Of a stretch of 64,000 nt of DNA, positions 33,946-43,304 are shown piece by piece (the first letter of the stretch is position 1; each line of letters begins with the position of its first letter). This stretch comes from an uncultured Bifidobacteriaceae bacterium (GTDB lineage: Bacteria; Verrucomicrobiota; Verrucomicrobiia; Limisphaerales; UBA11358). The notes under the pieces are model-generated. The model made no database searches. It saw only the letters and a list, made by a program, of their open reading frames with translations, and was not told the origin of the DNA. Location: positions 12,341-76,340 of the forward strand of contig CAZZPE010000007.1 in the NCBI GenBank assembly GCA_964655855.1, given 5' to 3'. The translations under genes and the position numbers were made by a program.

Positions 33946-35070
33946 TCAGATCTCCAGCACTTTCTCAAACCGCGTCAGGTTGCGCGCGCCGTTGCCGGTG
34001 ACGAGCGCGACATCCTCCAGCCGCACGCCGCCGATTTCGGGATAGTAAAGCCCCGGCTCGACGGTCACGACGTGGCCGGGCCGCAGCCGGCCCGCCGAGG
34101 TCGCGCCCAGCCGCGGCGCCTCGTGGACTTCCAGGCCGAGTCCGTGGCCGGTGCCGTGAAAAAAGCCCTCCATCCGCCCGTCGTGCCGTCCGGTTTTGTA
34201 GCCCTGCCGGACAAAAAATTCCTGCACGGCCTTGTGAACCTCCGCCGTCGGCACGTTGGCGCGAATTTTCTCAAAGCCGATTTTTTGCCCGTGCCAGACG
34301 GTGTCGTAAAGTTTCCTCACCGCCTCGCCCGCGTGTCCGCGCACGACGGTGCGGGTGATGTCGCCAAAGTAGCCGGTTTTTTGCGAGCGCGGAAAGATGT
34401 CAATGACGACCGGCTCGTTGGCGCGCAGCGGGCCGTGGCCGCGCTCGTGCGGATCGCAGGCCTGCCGGCCGCCGGCGACGATGGTGTTCGCCGCCAGGCC
34501 GTGCGCCTGCAGGATCGCGCAGTCAATCACCGAGCGCAGTTTTTCCGACGTGAGCGTGAGGCCGTGGTAAATGAGCCGGCGGTTGCGGCCGATTTTGGAG
34601 CGGCGCAGGACTTCCATGCCCTCGGCCATGCCGACCTCGGCCATCGTCAGCGCGGCGGAGATTTTCCGGACCTCGTCGGCGGACTTGATTTCGCGCTTCG
34701 GGAAAACGGCGGCGCGCGGCTTGAGCTTGACGCCGAGTTTTTTCAATTCCTTCGCCAGACCCAGCGGGAAATTGTCCGGCACCACGGCGCGGCGGATTTT
34801 CTGCTCGCGCAAAATCTGCCGGATGACGCGCGCGAAGCCGGGCGATTTGACGCCGTCGCGCCGGAGTTTTTGCTGGCAGGCGCTCAACGACACGGCGTGG
34901 CAGTGCGGCGCATTGGCGCGGGCGCGGTCAATCTCCAGGTCGCTCATCACGAGCAGCGGGCGCCCGCCGAAGTTGAGGTAGATGAACGGGTCGGGCACGA
35001 ACAGGCCGGTGGCGTAAAGCATGTTCGCGTCACGCTCGCTGTCGGCGACGATGAGCAGGGTTTCTGACAT
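33946..35070 (-). CDS. Xaa-Pro aminopeptidase (M24B family)
   Basis: M24 metal-binding motifs: VVIDIFPRSQKTGYFGDITRT, HGTGHGLGLEVHE, VVTVEPGLY. Confidence 0.85.
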   Translation of the reverse strand: MSETLLIVADSERDANMLYATGLFVPDPFIYLNFGGRPLLVMSDLEIDRARANAPHCHAVSLSACQQKLRRDGVKSPGFARVIRQILREQKIRRAVVPDNFPLGLAKELKKLGVKLKPRAAVFPKREIKSADEVRKISAALTMAEVGMAEGMEVLRRSKIGRNRRLIYHGLTLTSEKLRSVIDCAILQAHGLAANTIVAGGRQACDPHERGHGPLRANEPVVIDIFPRSQKTGYFGDITRTVVRGHAGEAVRKLYDTVWHGQKIGFEKIRANVPTAEVHKAVQEFFVRQGYKTGRHDGRMEGFFHGTGHGLGLEVHEAPRLGATSAGRLRPGHVVTVEPGLYYPEIGGVRLEDVALVTGNGARNLTRFEKVLEI

Positions 35071-35152
35071 TTTTGAATCCGCGAATTGCGCGAATTTCCA
35101 CGAATTAACTGTTAATTTTCATCCGCGTCAATTCGCGAAATTCGCGGATGAA
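35071..35152. repeat. REP-like inverted repeat element
   Basis: atccgcgaattgcgcgaatttc ... caattcgcgaaattcgcggatg. Confidence 0.6.
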
Positions 35153-35154
35153 GT

Positions 35155-35778
35155 TCAAGTTCCAAACAGCCGGTCGCCCGCGTCACCCAGGCCGGGCAGG
35201 ATATAGCCTTTTTCGTTCAACTGCCGGTCCAAGGCGGCGGTGAAAATCGGCACGCGCGGATAATTCTGCCGAACGCGGCGGATGCCTTCCGGCGCGGCAA
35301 CCAGATTCACCAGGCGGATGTGTTTGGCGCCCTGTTCGACCAGCAAATCCAGCGCGGCGACCGCGCTGCCGCCGGTCGCCAGCATCGGGTCAATCAAAAC
35401 CACCTCAAACCGGCCCAGGTTTTTCGGAAAGCTTTTGTGGTAAAACATCGCGCGCAGGGTGGTTTCCTCGCGCTTGAGGCCGATGAAGCCGACGCGCGCG
35501 TGCGGGATGAGCTGCAAAATGGAATCCAGCATTCCCAGTCCGGCGCGGAGGACGGGCACAAGGACGACTTCGCGTTCCAGGCGGAATCCGCGCGCGGATT
35601 CGAGCGGCGTCCGGACGGAGATTTTTTTCACGCCGAAGGAGCGCGTCGCCTCGTAAATCATCAGCGCCGCGATTTCGCCGAGCAGGCGGCGGAACTCCTG
35701 CGGCTGCGTCCGCCGGTCGCGCAACCGGGCGAGGTTGTGTTGCACCAGGGGATGCGCGATGACCGTGACGCCGTTCAT
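35155..35778 (-). CDS. upp: Uracil phosphoribosyltransferase
   Basis: VLIDPMLATGGS PRPP loop; C-terminal GYILPGLGDAGDRLFGT. Confidence 0.9.
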   Translation of the reverse strand: MNGVTVIAHPLVQHNLARLRDRRTQPQEFRRLLGEIAALMIYEATRSFGVKKISVRTPLESARGFRLEREVVLVPVLRAGLGMLDSILQLIPHARVGFIGLKREETTLRAMFYHKSFPKNLGRFEVVLIDPMLATGGSAVAALDLLVEQGAKHIRLVNLVAAPEGIRRVRQNYPRVPIFTAALDRQLNEKGYILPGLGDAGDRLFGT

Positions 35779-35783
35779 TTAAT

Positions 35784-36947
35784 TCAAGGCGCCTGCCAGA
35801 GAAAATAGAGCGCGCCGGCCTGCAATTTGGGGATGTCCATGCCGAGGTCGAGCTTGATGTCGTGCGACTTGCTGCTCTGGCCGAGCATCGAAAGAAAATT
35901 GGAAAGGTCGTAGCGCTCGCGGTATTCGATCAAATTGGCCTTGTGGCCGCTGTTGGCAATTTTCTCGGCGCGGTCCACGGCGGCGTCGAAATCGCCCAGC
36001 TCGTCCACCAGGCCGAGCTGCAATGCCTTCGCGCCTGAAACCACCCGCCCATCCGCAAATTTCATCCAGTCGGGCGCGAGCGCGCGGCCCTCGTTTTTGT
36101 TTTTTTCATGCGCGGCGCCGCGGCCTTCGGCGACGATGTTGGTGAATTGTCCGTAAGTTTCCATGATAAGATCCTGCACCAGTTGATGTTCGTCGGCGGG
36201 AATCTCGTTCGTCTCGCGCATCCCGCTCAACATATCCTTGTGGATGCCGCTTTTATAGACATCCGGCGCGACGCCGATCTTGTCCATGAGGCCGCGATAA
36301 TTCAGCCCTTCCATGATGACGCCGATGCTGGCGGTGAGGGTCAGATCGTCCGCGACAATCCAGCGGCTCGGCGCGGAAATGTAATAACCGCCGCTCGCCG
36401 CCAGGCTGCCCATCGAGCAGATCACCGGTTTTCCATCAGGCCCGGCCTGAAATTTCGCGAACAATTTGTTGATTTGATCCGACGCCATGACTTCGCCGCC
36501 AGGCGAATCCACTTTCAGGATGACGGCTTTGACGCGGGCGTCGTCCTTCGCGCGGTCCAGTTGCGCCTTGATCACGTCCACCATGCTGTTGCCCGCCGGG
36601 TCGGCCTCATGGCTGGTGATGATGCCGTCCACCTCGATGACGGCGATTTTGGCGCGCGCGTCATTGTCTTCCAGCACGCATTCCTCCAGCTTCGGGCCGA
36701 TGTCGCGCGCGGAGCCGGTTTTGAAGCCGCGATTGAGGCCGCCGCCAATGGCGTGCGAAATGGCCTGCGCAAAATTTCCCAGCAGGCTGAAACCCAGCAG
36801 CACGAGCAGGATGATGGCAAAAACCATCCAGCCCCGGCTCCGGCGCGGCTTGGTCGGCGGCGGCGGCGCGATGACCGGTGGCGGTGTGACTGAAGGCGGC
36901 GGTGAAGACGGCGGCACTGCCTCCTGCGAAAAGGGCGTTGTTTCCAT
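35784..36947 (-). CDS. sppA: Signal peptide peptidase SppA (S49, 36K type)
   Basis: N-terminal TM segment, then VKAVILKVDSPGG and GSLAASGGYYISAP motifs. Confidence 0.85.
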   Translation of the reverse strand: METTPFSQEAVPPSSPPPSVTPPPVIAPPPPTKPRRSRGWMVFAIILLVLLGFSLLGNFAQAISHAIGGGLNRGFKTGSARDIGPKLEECVLEDNDARAKIAVIEVDGIITSHEADPAGNSMVDVIKAQLDRAKDDARVKAVILKVDSPGGEVMASDQINKLFAKFQAGPDGKPVICSMGSLAASGGYYISAPSRWIVADDLTLTASIGVIMEGLNYRGLMDKIGVAPDVYKSGIHKDMLSGMRETNEIPADEHQLVQDLIMETYGQFTNIVAEGRGAAHEKNKNEGRALAPDWMKFADGRVVSGAKALQLGLVDELGDFDAAVDRAEKIANSGHKANLIEYRERYDLSNFLSMLGQSSKSHDIKLDLGMDIPKLQAGALYFLWQAP

Positions 36948-37154
36948 AGCGCCTGCAAACTACCGCAAAGCCGGTGGGCGGGCAAGTTGGTTCGGAAACA
37001 AAACCCTGCCGCTCCGGGGCGTGGCATCCGAACGCGGCGCGGGAAGACGGCTCGAGCAAGGTCGGAGGGGTGTTCCATTCCGCGCAACTTTTCCCCTCCG
37101 CCGGAGTTTGTAACAATGAACCTTGAAATCAACATTTTCCAATCGGAGGGAATC

Positions 37155-37709
37155 ATGCGAAAAATTTGCGTCGTTTTAATTGCCATCGTCTGCTCGCTGG
37201 CCTCGGCCGGTCGCGCGCAGGACACCAACGCGCTCAAGACCGAGATCGGGATTTTTGAGTCGCAAACCGGGGTGGTCATCATCAAGGGCTTCGGCCAGGT
37301 CGGCTCGGTTTCCACCGGCGGCGCCGTCATTTCCGTGCGCTGCAAGGAGTCCACGAGCCTGGCCACCGGCCGCAAGGATTATGGCATCTCCGTCGAAATC
37401 GAGGCGAACCAGTGGCAGGGGCGGGCCATCGTGGATTATGACGAACTGGATGCGTTGCTCAACGGCATGGACAGCCTTGGCAAAATGACCTACGGCGTGA
37501 CGGCGCTGCCGGGGTTTGATGCGGCCTTCACCACGAAGTCCGGTTTGCAATTCATCGCCTACGGCAACAAGCAGCAGGGCGGCATCCGGACTTTCCTGCA
37601 ATACGACGACGGCCCCCGGGTTTCCCTCGCGTCCGACCAGTGGGTCCAACTGGTGAATCTCATCGGGCAGGCGCGGGCGACGCTGGATTCGTTAAGAGCG
37701 TCCAAGTGA
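37155..37709 (+). CDS. Hypothetical secreted protein
   Basis: ATG at 37155 preceded by ggaggg. Signal peptide MRKICVVLIAIVCSLASAGRA. No family recognised. Confidence 0.55.
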   Translation: MRKICVVLIAIVCSLASAGRAQDTNALKTEIGIFESQTGVVIIKGFGQVGSVSTGGAVISVRCKESTSLATGRKDYGISVEIEANQWQGRAIVDYDELDALLNGMDSLGKMTYGVTALPGFDAAFTTKSGLQFIAYGNKQQGGIRTFLQYDDGPRVSLASDQWVQLVNLIGQARATLDSLRASK

Positions 37710-39302
37710 CTTTTGCAGCACCGTGTCGCGCTGCGCCCAGGCGGGGTTCGCGGACGGGTAATCCAGATTGTAGTTCAGCCCGCGGCTTTCGGGCCGCTGC
37801 AACGCGCAGTGGATGATCAGCTCCGCCACGGTGGCGATATTGCGCAGCTCCAGCAAATCGCCCGTTACGGTGAAATTCCAGTAATACTCGCGAATTTCCT
37901 CCTGTAGATTGGCGATGCGCTTCTGGGCGCGCGCCAGCCGCTTGTTCGTCCGCACGATGCCGACGTAATCCCACATCAGCCGCCGGATTTCGTCCCAGTT
38001 GTGCGTGACGACGACGAGTTCGTCCGCGTTGGTCGCATTGCCCGACTGCCAGAGCGGGATTTTCAAATCCACCTTTTCCGGCGGGGCTGAAATGATTTTC
38101 TCCGCCGCACGGTGCGCGCAAACCAGCGCCTCCAGCAGCGAATTGCTCGCCAGCCGGTTCGCGCCGTGCAGGCCGGTGCAGGCCACCTCGCCGACGGCAA
38201 ACAGCCCCGCGATGTCCGTCTCGCCGTCCACGTTCGTCACCACGCCGCCGCACTGGAAATGCGCCGACGGCACCACCGGAATCGGCTCCTTGGTGATGTC
38301 AATGCCGTAGCGCAGGCACGTCTGGTAAATGTTCGGAAACCGTTCGATGAGAAATTTCGCGGGCTTGTGCGTGATGTCCAGCCACACGTGCTCCGCGCCG
38401 CTTTTTTTCATCTCCCGGTCAATCGCGCGGGCGACGATGTCGCGCGGCGCCAGCGATTTCATCGGATGAACCGCGTCCATGAATTCCTCGTCGGCGAGCG
38501 TTTTCAGCACGCCGCCCTCGCCGCGCACCGCCTCGCTGATGAGAAACGATTTCGCCCGGGGATGATACAGGCACGTCGGATGAAACTGCACGAACTCCAT
38601 GTTCGCAATCGCCGCGCCCGCGCGATACGCCATCGCCACGCCGTCGCCGGTCGCGATGTCCGGGTTCGTCGTGTAAAGGTAGACCTTGCCGCAGCCGCCC
38701 GTGGCCAGCAGCGTCACCGGCGCGGCGAAGGTCCAGACGCGGCCCGATTTTTTGTCGAAAACGTAGGCACCGAGGCAGCGGTTGCCGTCGTCCAAGCCGA
38801 CTTTCCGGCTTGTGATCAGATCAATCGCGATGTGATTCTCAAAAATCTGGATGTTCGGCTGTTTCGAAATCGCGTTGAGCAGCGCGCGCTCCACTTCGCG
38901 CCCGGTCATGTCCTTCGCGTGCAAAATGCGCCGCATCGAGTGGCCGCCTTCGCGCCCGAGATCCAGTTCCTTTCCGCCGTCCTCGCTGGGCGCATCGCGC
39001 TCGGAAAACTGCATTCCCAGCTCGATCAATTCCTGAATCCGCGCCGGGCCTTCCTCGACGATGGTGCGGACGACGCTTTCCTTGCAAAGCCCCGCGCCCG
39101 CCGTGAGCGTGTCGCGCACGTGCAGCTCGAACGAATCCTCCTTGCTCGTCACCGACGCGATGCCGCCCTGCGCATAATTCGTGTTCGACTCCGCGCGGTC
39201 CTTTTTTGTGACGATGGCCACGCGCCCGTGCGGCGCGACCTTCAGCGCGAATGACAGCCCCGCGATGCCGCTGCCGAGAACGAGATAGTCGAATTGTTTC
39301 AT
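37692..39302 (-). CDS. nadB: L-aspartate oxidase
   Basis: FAD motif DYLVLGSGIAGL; RHAEGG-like HSMRRILHA; GLHGANRLASNSLLE. The ORF extends to 39323, but a start at 39302 (MKQFDYL) avoids overlap with panC. Confidence 0.9.
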   Translation of the reverse strand: MKQFDYLVLGSGIAGLSFALKVAPHGRVAIVTKKDRAESNTNYAQGGIASVTSKEDSFELHVRDTLTAGAGLCKESVVRTIVEEGPARIQELIELGMQFSERDAPSEDGGKELDLGREGGHSMRRILHAKDMTGREVERALLNAISKQPNIQIFENHIAIDLITSRKVGLDDGNRCLGAYVFDKKSGRVWTFAAPVTLLATGGCGKVYLYTTNPDIATGDGVAMAYRAGAAIANMEFVQFHPTCLYHPRAKSFLISEAVRGEGGVLKTLADEEFMDAVHPMKSLAPRDIVARAIDREMKKSGAEHVWLDITHKPAKFLIERFPNIYQTCLRYGIDITKEPIPVVPSAHFQCGGVVTNVDGETDIAGLFAVGEVACTGLHGANRLASNSLLEALVCAHRAAEKIISAPPEKVDLKIPLWQSGNATNADELVVVTHNWDEIRRLMWDYVGIVRTNKRLARAQKRIANLQEEIREYYWNFTVTGDLLELRNIATVAELIIHCALQRPESRGLNYNLDYPSANPAWAQRDTVLQKSLGRS

Positions 39303-39303
39303 T

Positions 39304-40209
39304 TCAAAGCCTTGCGTTGTCAATCAACCGCGTTTTGCCGACGAACACCGCCAGCGCCATGTGGGTGCCGCGTTTTACCCGGGCGACCGGAGTCAGCGTT
39401 TCGGGATCGAAAAATTCCACGTAGTCCAGCCGGGCCTGCGGAGATGCGGTGAAAAATTCCTTCAGGTCGGCCTTCAGGCGCGCGGCGGAAACGGGTTTTT
39501 TTGCCACCGCTGCCTTCACCGCCTGCAATGCGTGAAACAAAATCACCGCCTGCGCCCGCTGTTCCGCGTCGAGAAATTTGTTCCGCGAACTCATCGCCAG
39601 CCCGTCCGGTTCCCGCAGCGTCGGCGCGACGATGATTTTCACCGGGAAATTCAAGTCGGCGACCATGCGCCGGATGATGGCCGCCTGCTGGAAATCTTTC
39701 TGGCCGAACACCGCCACGTCCGGCAGCACGAGGTTGAACAGCTTGGCCACCACCGTCGTCACGCCGCGAAAATGCACGGGCCGTGCCGCGCCTTCCATGG
39801 TTCGCGACAGTTTTTCCTCGACGACGTAAGTGCTGAAGTTTTGGAGTGCGCCGACATGTCGGCGCTTTGAAAGCGGTGACATGTCACCGCAATCCAAAGT
39901 CGAATACATTTCCCCGTCGTTTGGTGTGAACACCGCGTCCACGCCGGCTTCGCGGCACAATTTCAAATCGCGTTTCAGGTCGCGAGGATATTTGGCAAGG
40001 TCTTCCGTCGGCGCGAACTGCGTCGGGTTGACATAAATGCTGACGACAACCTTGCCGTTTTTGCCGGCGCGCCGGCGCGCCTCGCGCACGAGGCTCAAAT
40101 GGCCGGCGTGCAAATAGCCCATTGTCGGCACAAAACCGACGCGAAGGCCACGGCGCTTCAGTGACATCGCAAATTGCTGCATGGCGGCCGCGCTTGAAAT
40201 GACTCGCAT
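39304..40209 (-). CDS. panC: Pantoate--beta-alanine ligase
   Basis: VPTMGYLHAGHLSL, RPVHFRGVTTVVAKLFN and FGQKDFQQ motifs. Carries an in-frame palindromic insert at about 39839-39899. Confidence 0.9.
   Translation of the reverse strand: MRVISSAAAMQQFAMSLKRRGLRVGFVPTMGYLHAGHLSLVREARRRAGKNGKVVVSIYVNPTQFAPTEDLAKYPRDLKRDLKLCREAGVDAVFTPNDGEMYSTLDCGDMSPLSKRRHVGALQNFSTYVVEEKLSRTMEGAARPVHFRGVTTVVAKLFNLVLPDVAVFGQKDFQQAAIIRRMVADLNFPVKIIVAPTLREPDGLAMSSRNKFLDAEQRAQAVILFHALQAVKAAVAKKPVSAARLKADLKEFFTASPQARLDYVEFFDPETLTPVARVKRGTHMALAVFVGKTRLIDNARL
39839..39899. repeat. Double 18-bp perfect palindrome (REP-like) inside panC
   Basis: gcgccgacatgtcggcgc (39848-39865) and gcggtgacatgtcaccgc (39873-39890), flanked by tttgga / tccaaa. 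Confidence 0.85.
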
Positions 40210-40244
40210 GGAGCCATGCTAGCCGGAATCCGCCGCGATTTCAC

Positions 40245-40282
40245 GAAAGAAAAAGCCGCGCCGGAAAGCAACGGCGCGGCTT
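40245..40282 (-). terminator. Rho-independent terminator candidate after the glutaredoxin-like gene
   Basis: On the minus strand: agccgcgcc gttgctttcc ggcgcggct, followed by ttttctttcg. Confidence 0.65.
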
Positions 40283-40304
40283 CTGTCCCCACCTCAAATT
40301 CAGT

Positions 40305-40631
40305 TCAAGTCTCGACGAACAAATGCGTATGCTTGCCGCACGACTGGTTGGTCGGCGCTTCGGGCACGCGGTCGTTCGGCTGAACGATGCCGTTCGCCAG
40401 CATCCAAGCCTCCACTTCCTCGCCGCTGACGTCGGGAAGCATCTGGCCGTTGATTTCGACGCACGGGCTTAACGGCTGGCCGGTCTTCAGGATCATTTCC
40501 TGCCGCTGCGCGGGATCGTTGATGACATCGCGGTCCTCGAACGGCAGATCGTATTTCCGCAGCACGGCGCGGACGCCGTTGCTCCAGCCGCAGGTCGGTT
40601 TCAAGTAGGCGATGATTTTCGGTTTTTCCAT
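40305..40631 (-). CDS. Glutaredoxin-like thioredoxin-fold protein
   Basis: Start MEKPKIIAYLKPTCGWSNGV at 40631. The longer ORF to 40937 overlaps tgt and is rejected. Confidence 0.65.
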   Translation of the reverse strand: MEKPKIIAYLKPTCGWSNGVRAVLRKYDLPFEDRDVINDPAQRQEMILKTGQPLSPCVEINGQMLPDVSGEEVEAWMLANGIVQPNDRVPEAPTNQSCGKHTHLFVET

Positions 40632-40699
40632 ATGTTTGCAAATATTGTCTTTGCGATGGCAATAAACTGCCATAACACGGGGCGGATGCAAGCGGAATT

Positions 40700-41842
40700 T
40701 TAACGCTCCGTTTTCTGCCGGCGCTGGGCGAGGACTTTTTGCGACGGCGTGTAGTTGGCGATGAACTTGCGGTGAAATTCCGAGAAGGTTCCGCCGGCAA
40801 TCGCCGCGCGCACTTCGGTCATGATTTTCAGGAACAAATGCGAGTTGTGGACGCTCACCATGCGCAGGCCGAGAATTTCGTTCGCCCGCACCAGATGCCG
40901 GAGATACGCGCGCGTGAAATGGCGGCATGCAAAACATTCGCAGCCTTCCTCGATCGGCCCGAAATCCGTTTTGTAGGCGGTGCCCTTGAGCGCGAACGCG
41001 CCGGTGTGCGTGACCGCCGTGCCGGTGCGCGCGATGCGCGTCGGCAGCACGCAGTCGAACATGTCCACGCCGCGCGCAATCAACTCGACCATCTGCGCCG
41101 GCGTGCCGAGTCCCATCGCGTAGCGCGCCTTGTTCGCCGGCAGATGCGGCTCGGTGATTTCGATGGCCTTCATCATCTCTGGTTCCGGCTCGCCGACGCT
41201 CACGCCGCCGATGGCGTAGCCGTCAAAATCCATCGCGACGAGCGCCCTGGCGCATTCCTCGCGCAGTTCGGCGTTGGAACCGCCCTGGACGATGCCGAAA
41301 ACTTTTTGTCCGTCGGCGCGGGGCTGTTCGCGGCATTCGCCCGCCCAGCGGATGGTGCGTTCGACGGCGAGGCGCTGCTCCCTGGCCGGCGCGTCGTGAG
41401 GCGGGCATTCGTCAAAAACCATCGCGATGTCCGAGCCGAGAACGCGCTGGATTTCCATCGCCTCCTTCGGGCCGAGAAACAAAAGCGAGCCGTCGAGGTG
41501 CGAGCGGAATTCGACGCCGTGCGGCTTGATTTTCCGGATTTTCGCCAGGCTGAAAACCTGGAAGCCGCCGCTGTCGGTGAGGATCGGCTTTTCCCAGTTC
41601 ATGAATTTGTGCAGGCCGCCGGCGGCGGAAATAATTTCAAGTCCGGGTCGCAGGTTGAGATGGTAGGTGTTGCCGAGGATGATTTGCGTGCCCATCTCGC
41701 GAAGCTCGCGCGGGTCGAGCGCCTTGACGCTGGCCTGCGTGCCGACGGGCATGAACACCGGCGTCTCGACGACGCCGTGCGCGGTGGTCAATTTTCCGAG
41801 GCGCGCTTTGGTTTGCGGATCGGTTTTGAGCAGTTCAAACAT
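40700..41842 (-). CDS. tgt: Queuine tRNA-ribosyltransferase (tRNA-guanine transglycosylase)
   Basis: ILGNTYHL, LTDSGGFQV, FGIVQGG and zinc site CxCxxC...H (CECFACRHFTRAYLRH). Confidence 0.92.
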   Translation of the reverse strand: MFELLKTDPQTKARLGKLTTAHGVVETPVFMPVGTQASVKALDPRELREMGTQIILGNTYHLNLRPGLEIISAAGGLHKFMNWEKPILTDSGGFQVFSLAKIRKIKPHGVEFRSHLDGSLLFLGPKEAMEIQRVLGSDIAMVFDECPPHDAPAREQRLAVERTIRWAGECREQPRADGQKVFGIVQGGSNAELREECARALVAMDFDGYAIGGVSVGEPEPEMMKAIEITEPHLPANKARYAMGLGTPAQMVELIARGVDMFDCVLPTRIARTGTAVTHTGAFALKGTAYKTDFGPIEEGCECFACRHFTRAYLRHLVRANEILGLRMVSVHNSHLFLKIMTEVRAAIAGGTFSEFHRKFIANYTPSQKVLAQRRQKTER

Positions 41843-41907
41843 TCTGCAAAGGGTTGATCAAAATGGCCCGGTTGAACATGAAATTTTCAAGTGAGGCTGC
41901 GCCCCGT

Positions 41908-42573
41908 TCACGGACTGCCCGTCAAACAGGGCAAAAGCCGGGCTTCAAACAAAAGTGTCCACCACCAGACCAGCAGCACGCCGCCGCGCAGATAGAATGA
42001 AACCGCCAGAAATCCCATGACGATCCGGCCGGCCAGGAGCGCCGCCAGCGGCAGCGACGGAATTGGCGTCGGGAGCGACCGGATTTTCATTGCCAGAAGG
42101 CAGACCCCGAACAGGACGGTCAGGCTGATGGCCGCCCGACGATTTTTGAACAGTCGCATGAGCCAGGCAAACGGGGCGAAGAGCAGAAACAACTGATTGA
42201 AAGCCAGTGCAAACAGCACCTGGGCAAACCACCGTTTGAGGTTGGTCGGATATTCCTCCGGCAATTTCAACCGGAGCGACGGATCCAGCCACAGGTGAAA
42301 CACTACTGCCGCGCCGATTCCAATCAAAGTTGCCGCGAGGAATAATTTTGGTTCCGGCTTGAGAACAAAGACCGGATGATGGGTGTATGGCTCGTGCCAC
42401 GCAAAGACAAAACTCCAGAGGACGATGCCGCAAAGAAAAATCGCACCCTCCAGATACCAGATTGGAGCGGACCGGCCGGTCCAGAGCGAAATGCGCGGAT
42501 AACAAGCCAGCGCCGAGGCCAGGGCGGCAATGGCCGCCAGATTCAACACCTTGGGTTGGAGGAGATGGCGCAC
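41908..42573 (-). CDS. Hypothetical polytopic membrane protein
   Basis: About 6 hydrophobic segments. No catalytic motif recognised. Confidence 0.5.
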   Translation of the reverse strand: MRHLLQPKVLNLAAIAALASALACYPRISLWTGRSAPIWYLEGAIFLCGIVLWSFVFAWHEPYTHHPVFVLKPEPKLFLAATLIGIGAAVVFHLWLDPSLRLKLPEEYPTNLKRWFAQVLFALAFNQLFLLFAPFAWLMRLFKNRRAAISLTVLFGVCLLAMKIRSLPTPIPSLPLAALLAGRIVMGFLAVSFYLRGGVLLVWWWTLLFEARLLPCLTGSP

Positions 42574-42602
42574 GTTTTGCCGACCGGCACAGCAGGACGA
42601 TT

Positions 42603-43124
42603 CTATGGATGAAGCTCGACAAACGAAACATCCACCAGCAGGTCGGCGGCGATTTTTTCCAGATCCCTTTTCAGCGCGGCGAGGTCGCAGCTTTCGGGCA
42701 GTTGCAGGCGCGCGCCGGCCTTGAACAGGGTTTCGCCGGACATCGGCGCGCTTGACACCTCGCTGGAAAACTCCTCGACGTTCACGCCCGCCCGCGCGAG
42801 CGCGCTGGTGATTTCGCGGACGATGCCCGGCCGGTCGCTGCCGACGATTTCCAGCCTCGTCTGGCGGCCCGGCGTTGACGGAGCCGGTTTGGGGTCGGGC
42901 TGGACGACGACGTTCAGCCCCGGAATTTTTTGAAGCGCGGCCAGCAGCGGCGCTTTTTCCGCCGCCGGAATTTCAATCCGCAAAATTCCGGCAAATTCGC
43001 CGCCGAGCCGGCACATGCGGCTTTCGAGCCAGTTGCCGCCGTGGCCGGCCACGGCGCGCGCGACGGATTCGACCAGCCCGGTGCGGTCCGGGCCGATGAG
43101 GGTGATCACCAGTGGGATTTGCAT
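42603..43124 (-). CDS. ACT-domain protein (glycine cleavage system regulator GcvR-like)
   Basis: Two ACT-like halves: VITLIGPDRTGLVESVARAV and LEIVGSDRPGIVREITSAL. The likely start is MQIPLV at 43124. Confidence 0.6.
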   Translation of the reverse strand: MQIPLVITLIGPDRTGLVESVARAVAGHGGNWLESRMCRLGGEFAGILRIEIPAAEKAPLLAALQKIPGLNVVVQPDPKPAPSTPGRQTRLEIVGSDRPGIVREITSALARAGVNVEEFSSEVSSAPMSGETLFKAGARLQLPESCDLAALKRDLEKIAADLLVDVSFVELHP

Positions 43125-43304
43125 GGGGGCTTGGTAGCGGTTTCCGGCCCGGCTGGCAAGCGATTCCACCATTGGCAAACATCAGTTGCGGTGAATTTGA
43201 CGATTCGTGAGGCTGAAATCGTTCGTAATTCCGGCTTTAATTGCATTTTTTGCTTTTCAGATCCGCTTATCTGTGCTAAAGTGGCAGACAACGAAAGGCT
43301 GATT

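Noticed and set aside
33862-35067. Long antisense ORFs opposite real genes (for example 33862..35067, 40739..41857, 38112..39254, 23286..24455, 19031..20194, 19854..21569, 7793..9184, 2893..4194, 45705..46850)
   Set aside because: These are shadow ORFs expected in high-G+C DNA. Their translations are Arg/Ala/Gly-rich low-complexity sequence, while the opposite strand carries unmistakable conserved enzyme motifs.
40632-40937. 210-aa version of ORF 40305..40937
   Set aside because: The upstream 102 codons overlap the 3' end of tgt and are Arg/Pro-rich. The glutaredoxin-like fold starts at MEKPKII (40631).
42930-43304. N-terminal extensions of the GNAT ORF (42930) and of ORFs 53588, 36987, 51640 and 30464
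   Set aside because: The extensions overlap neighbouring genes or repeats. Internal ATGs with better context (RBS-like purine runs, signal peptides, domain starts) were chosen instead.
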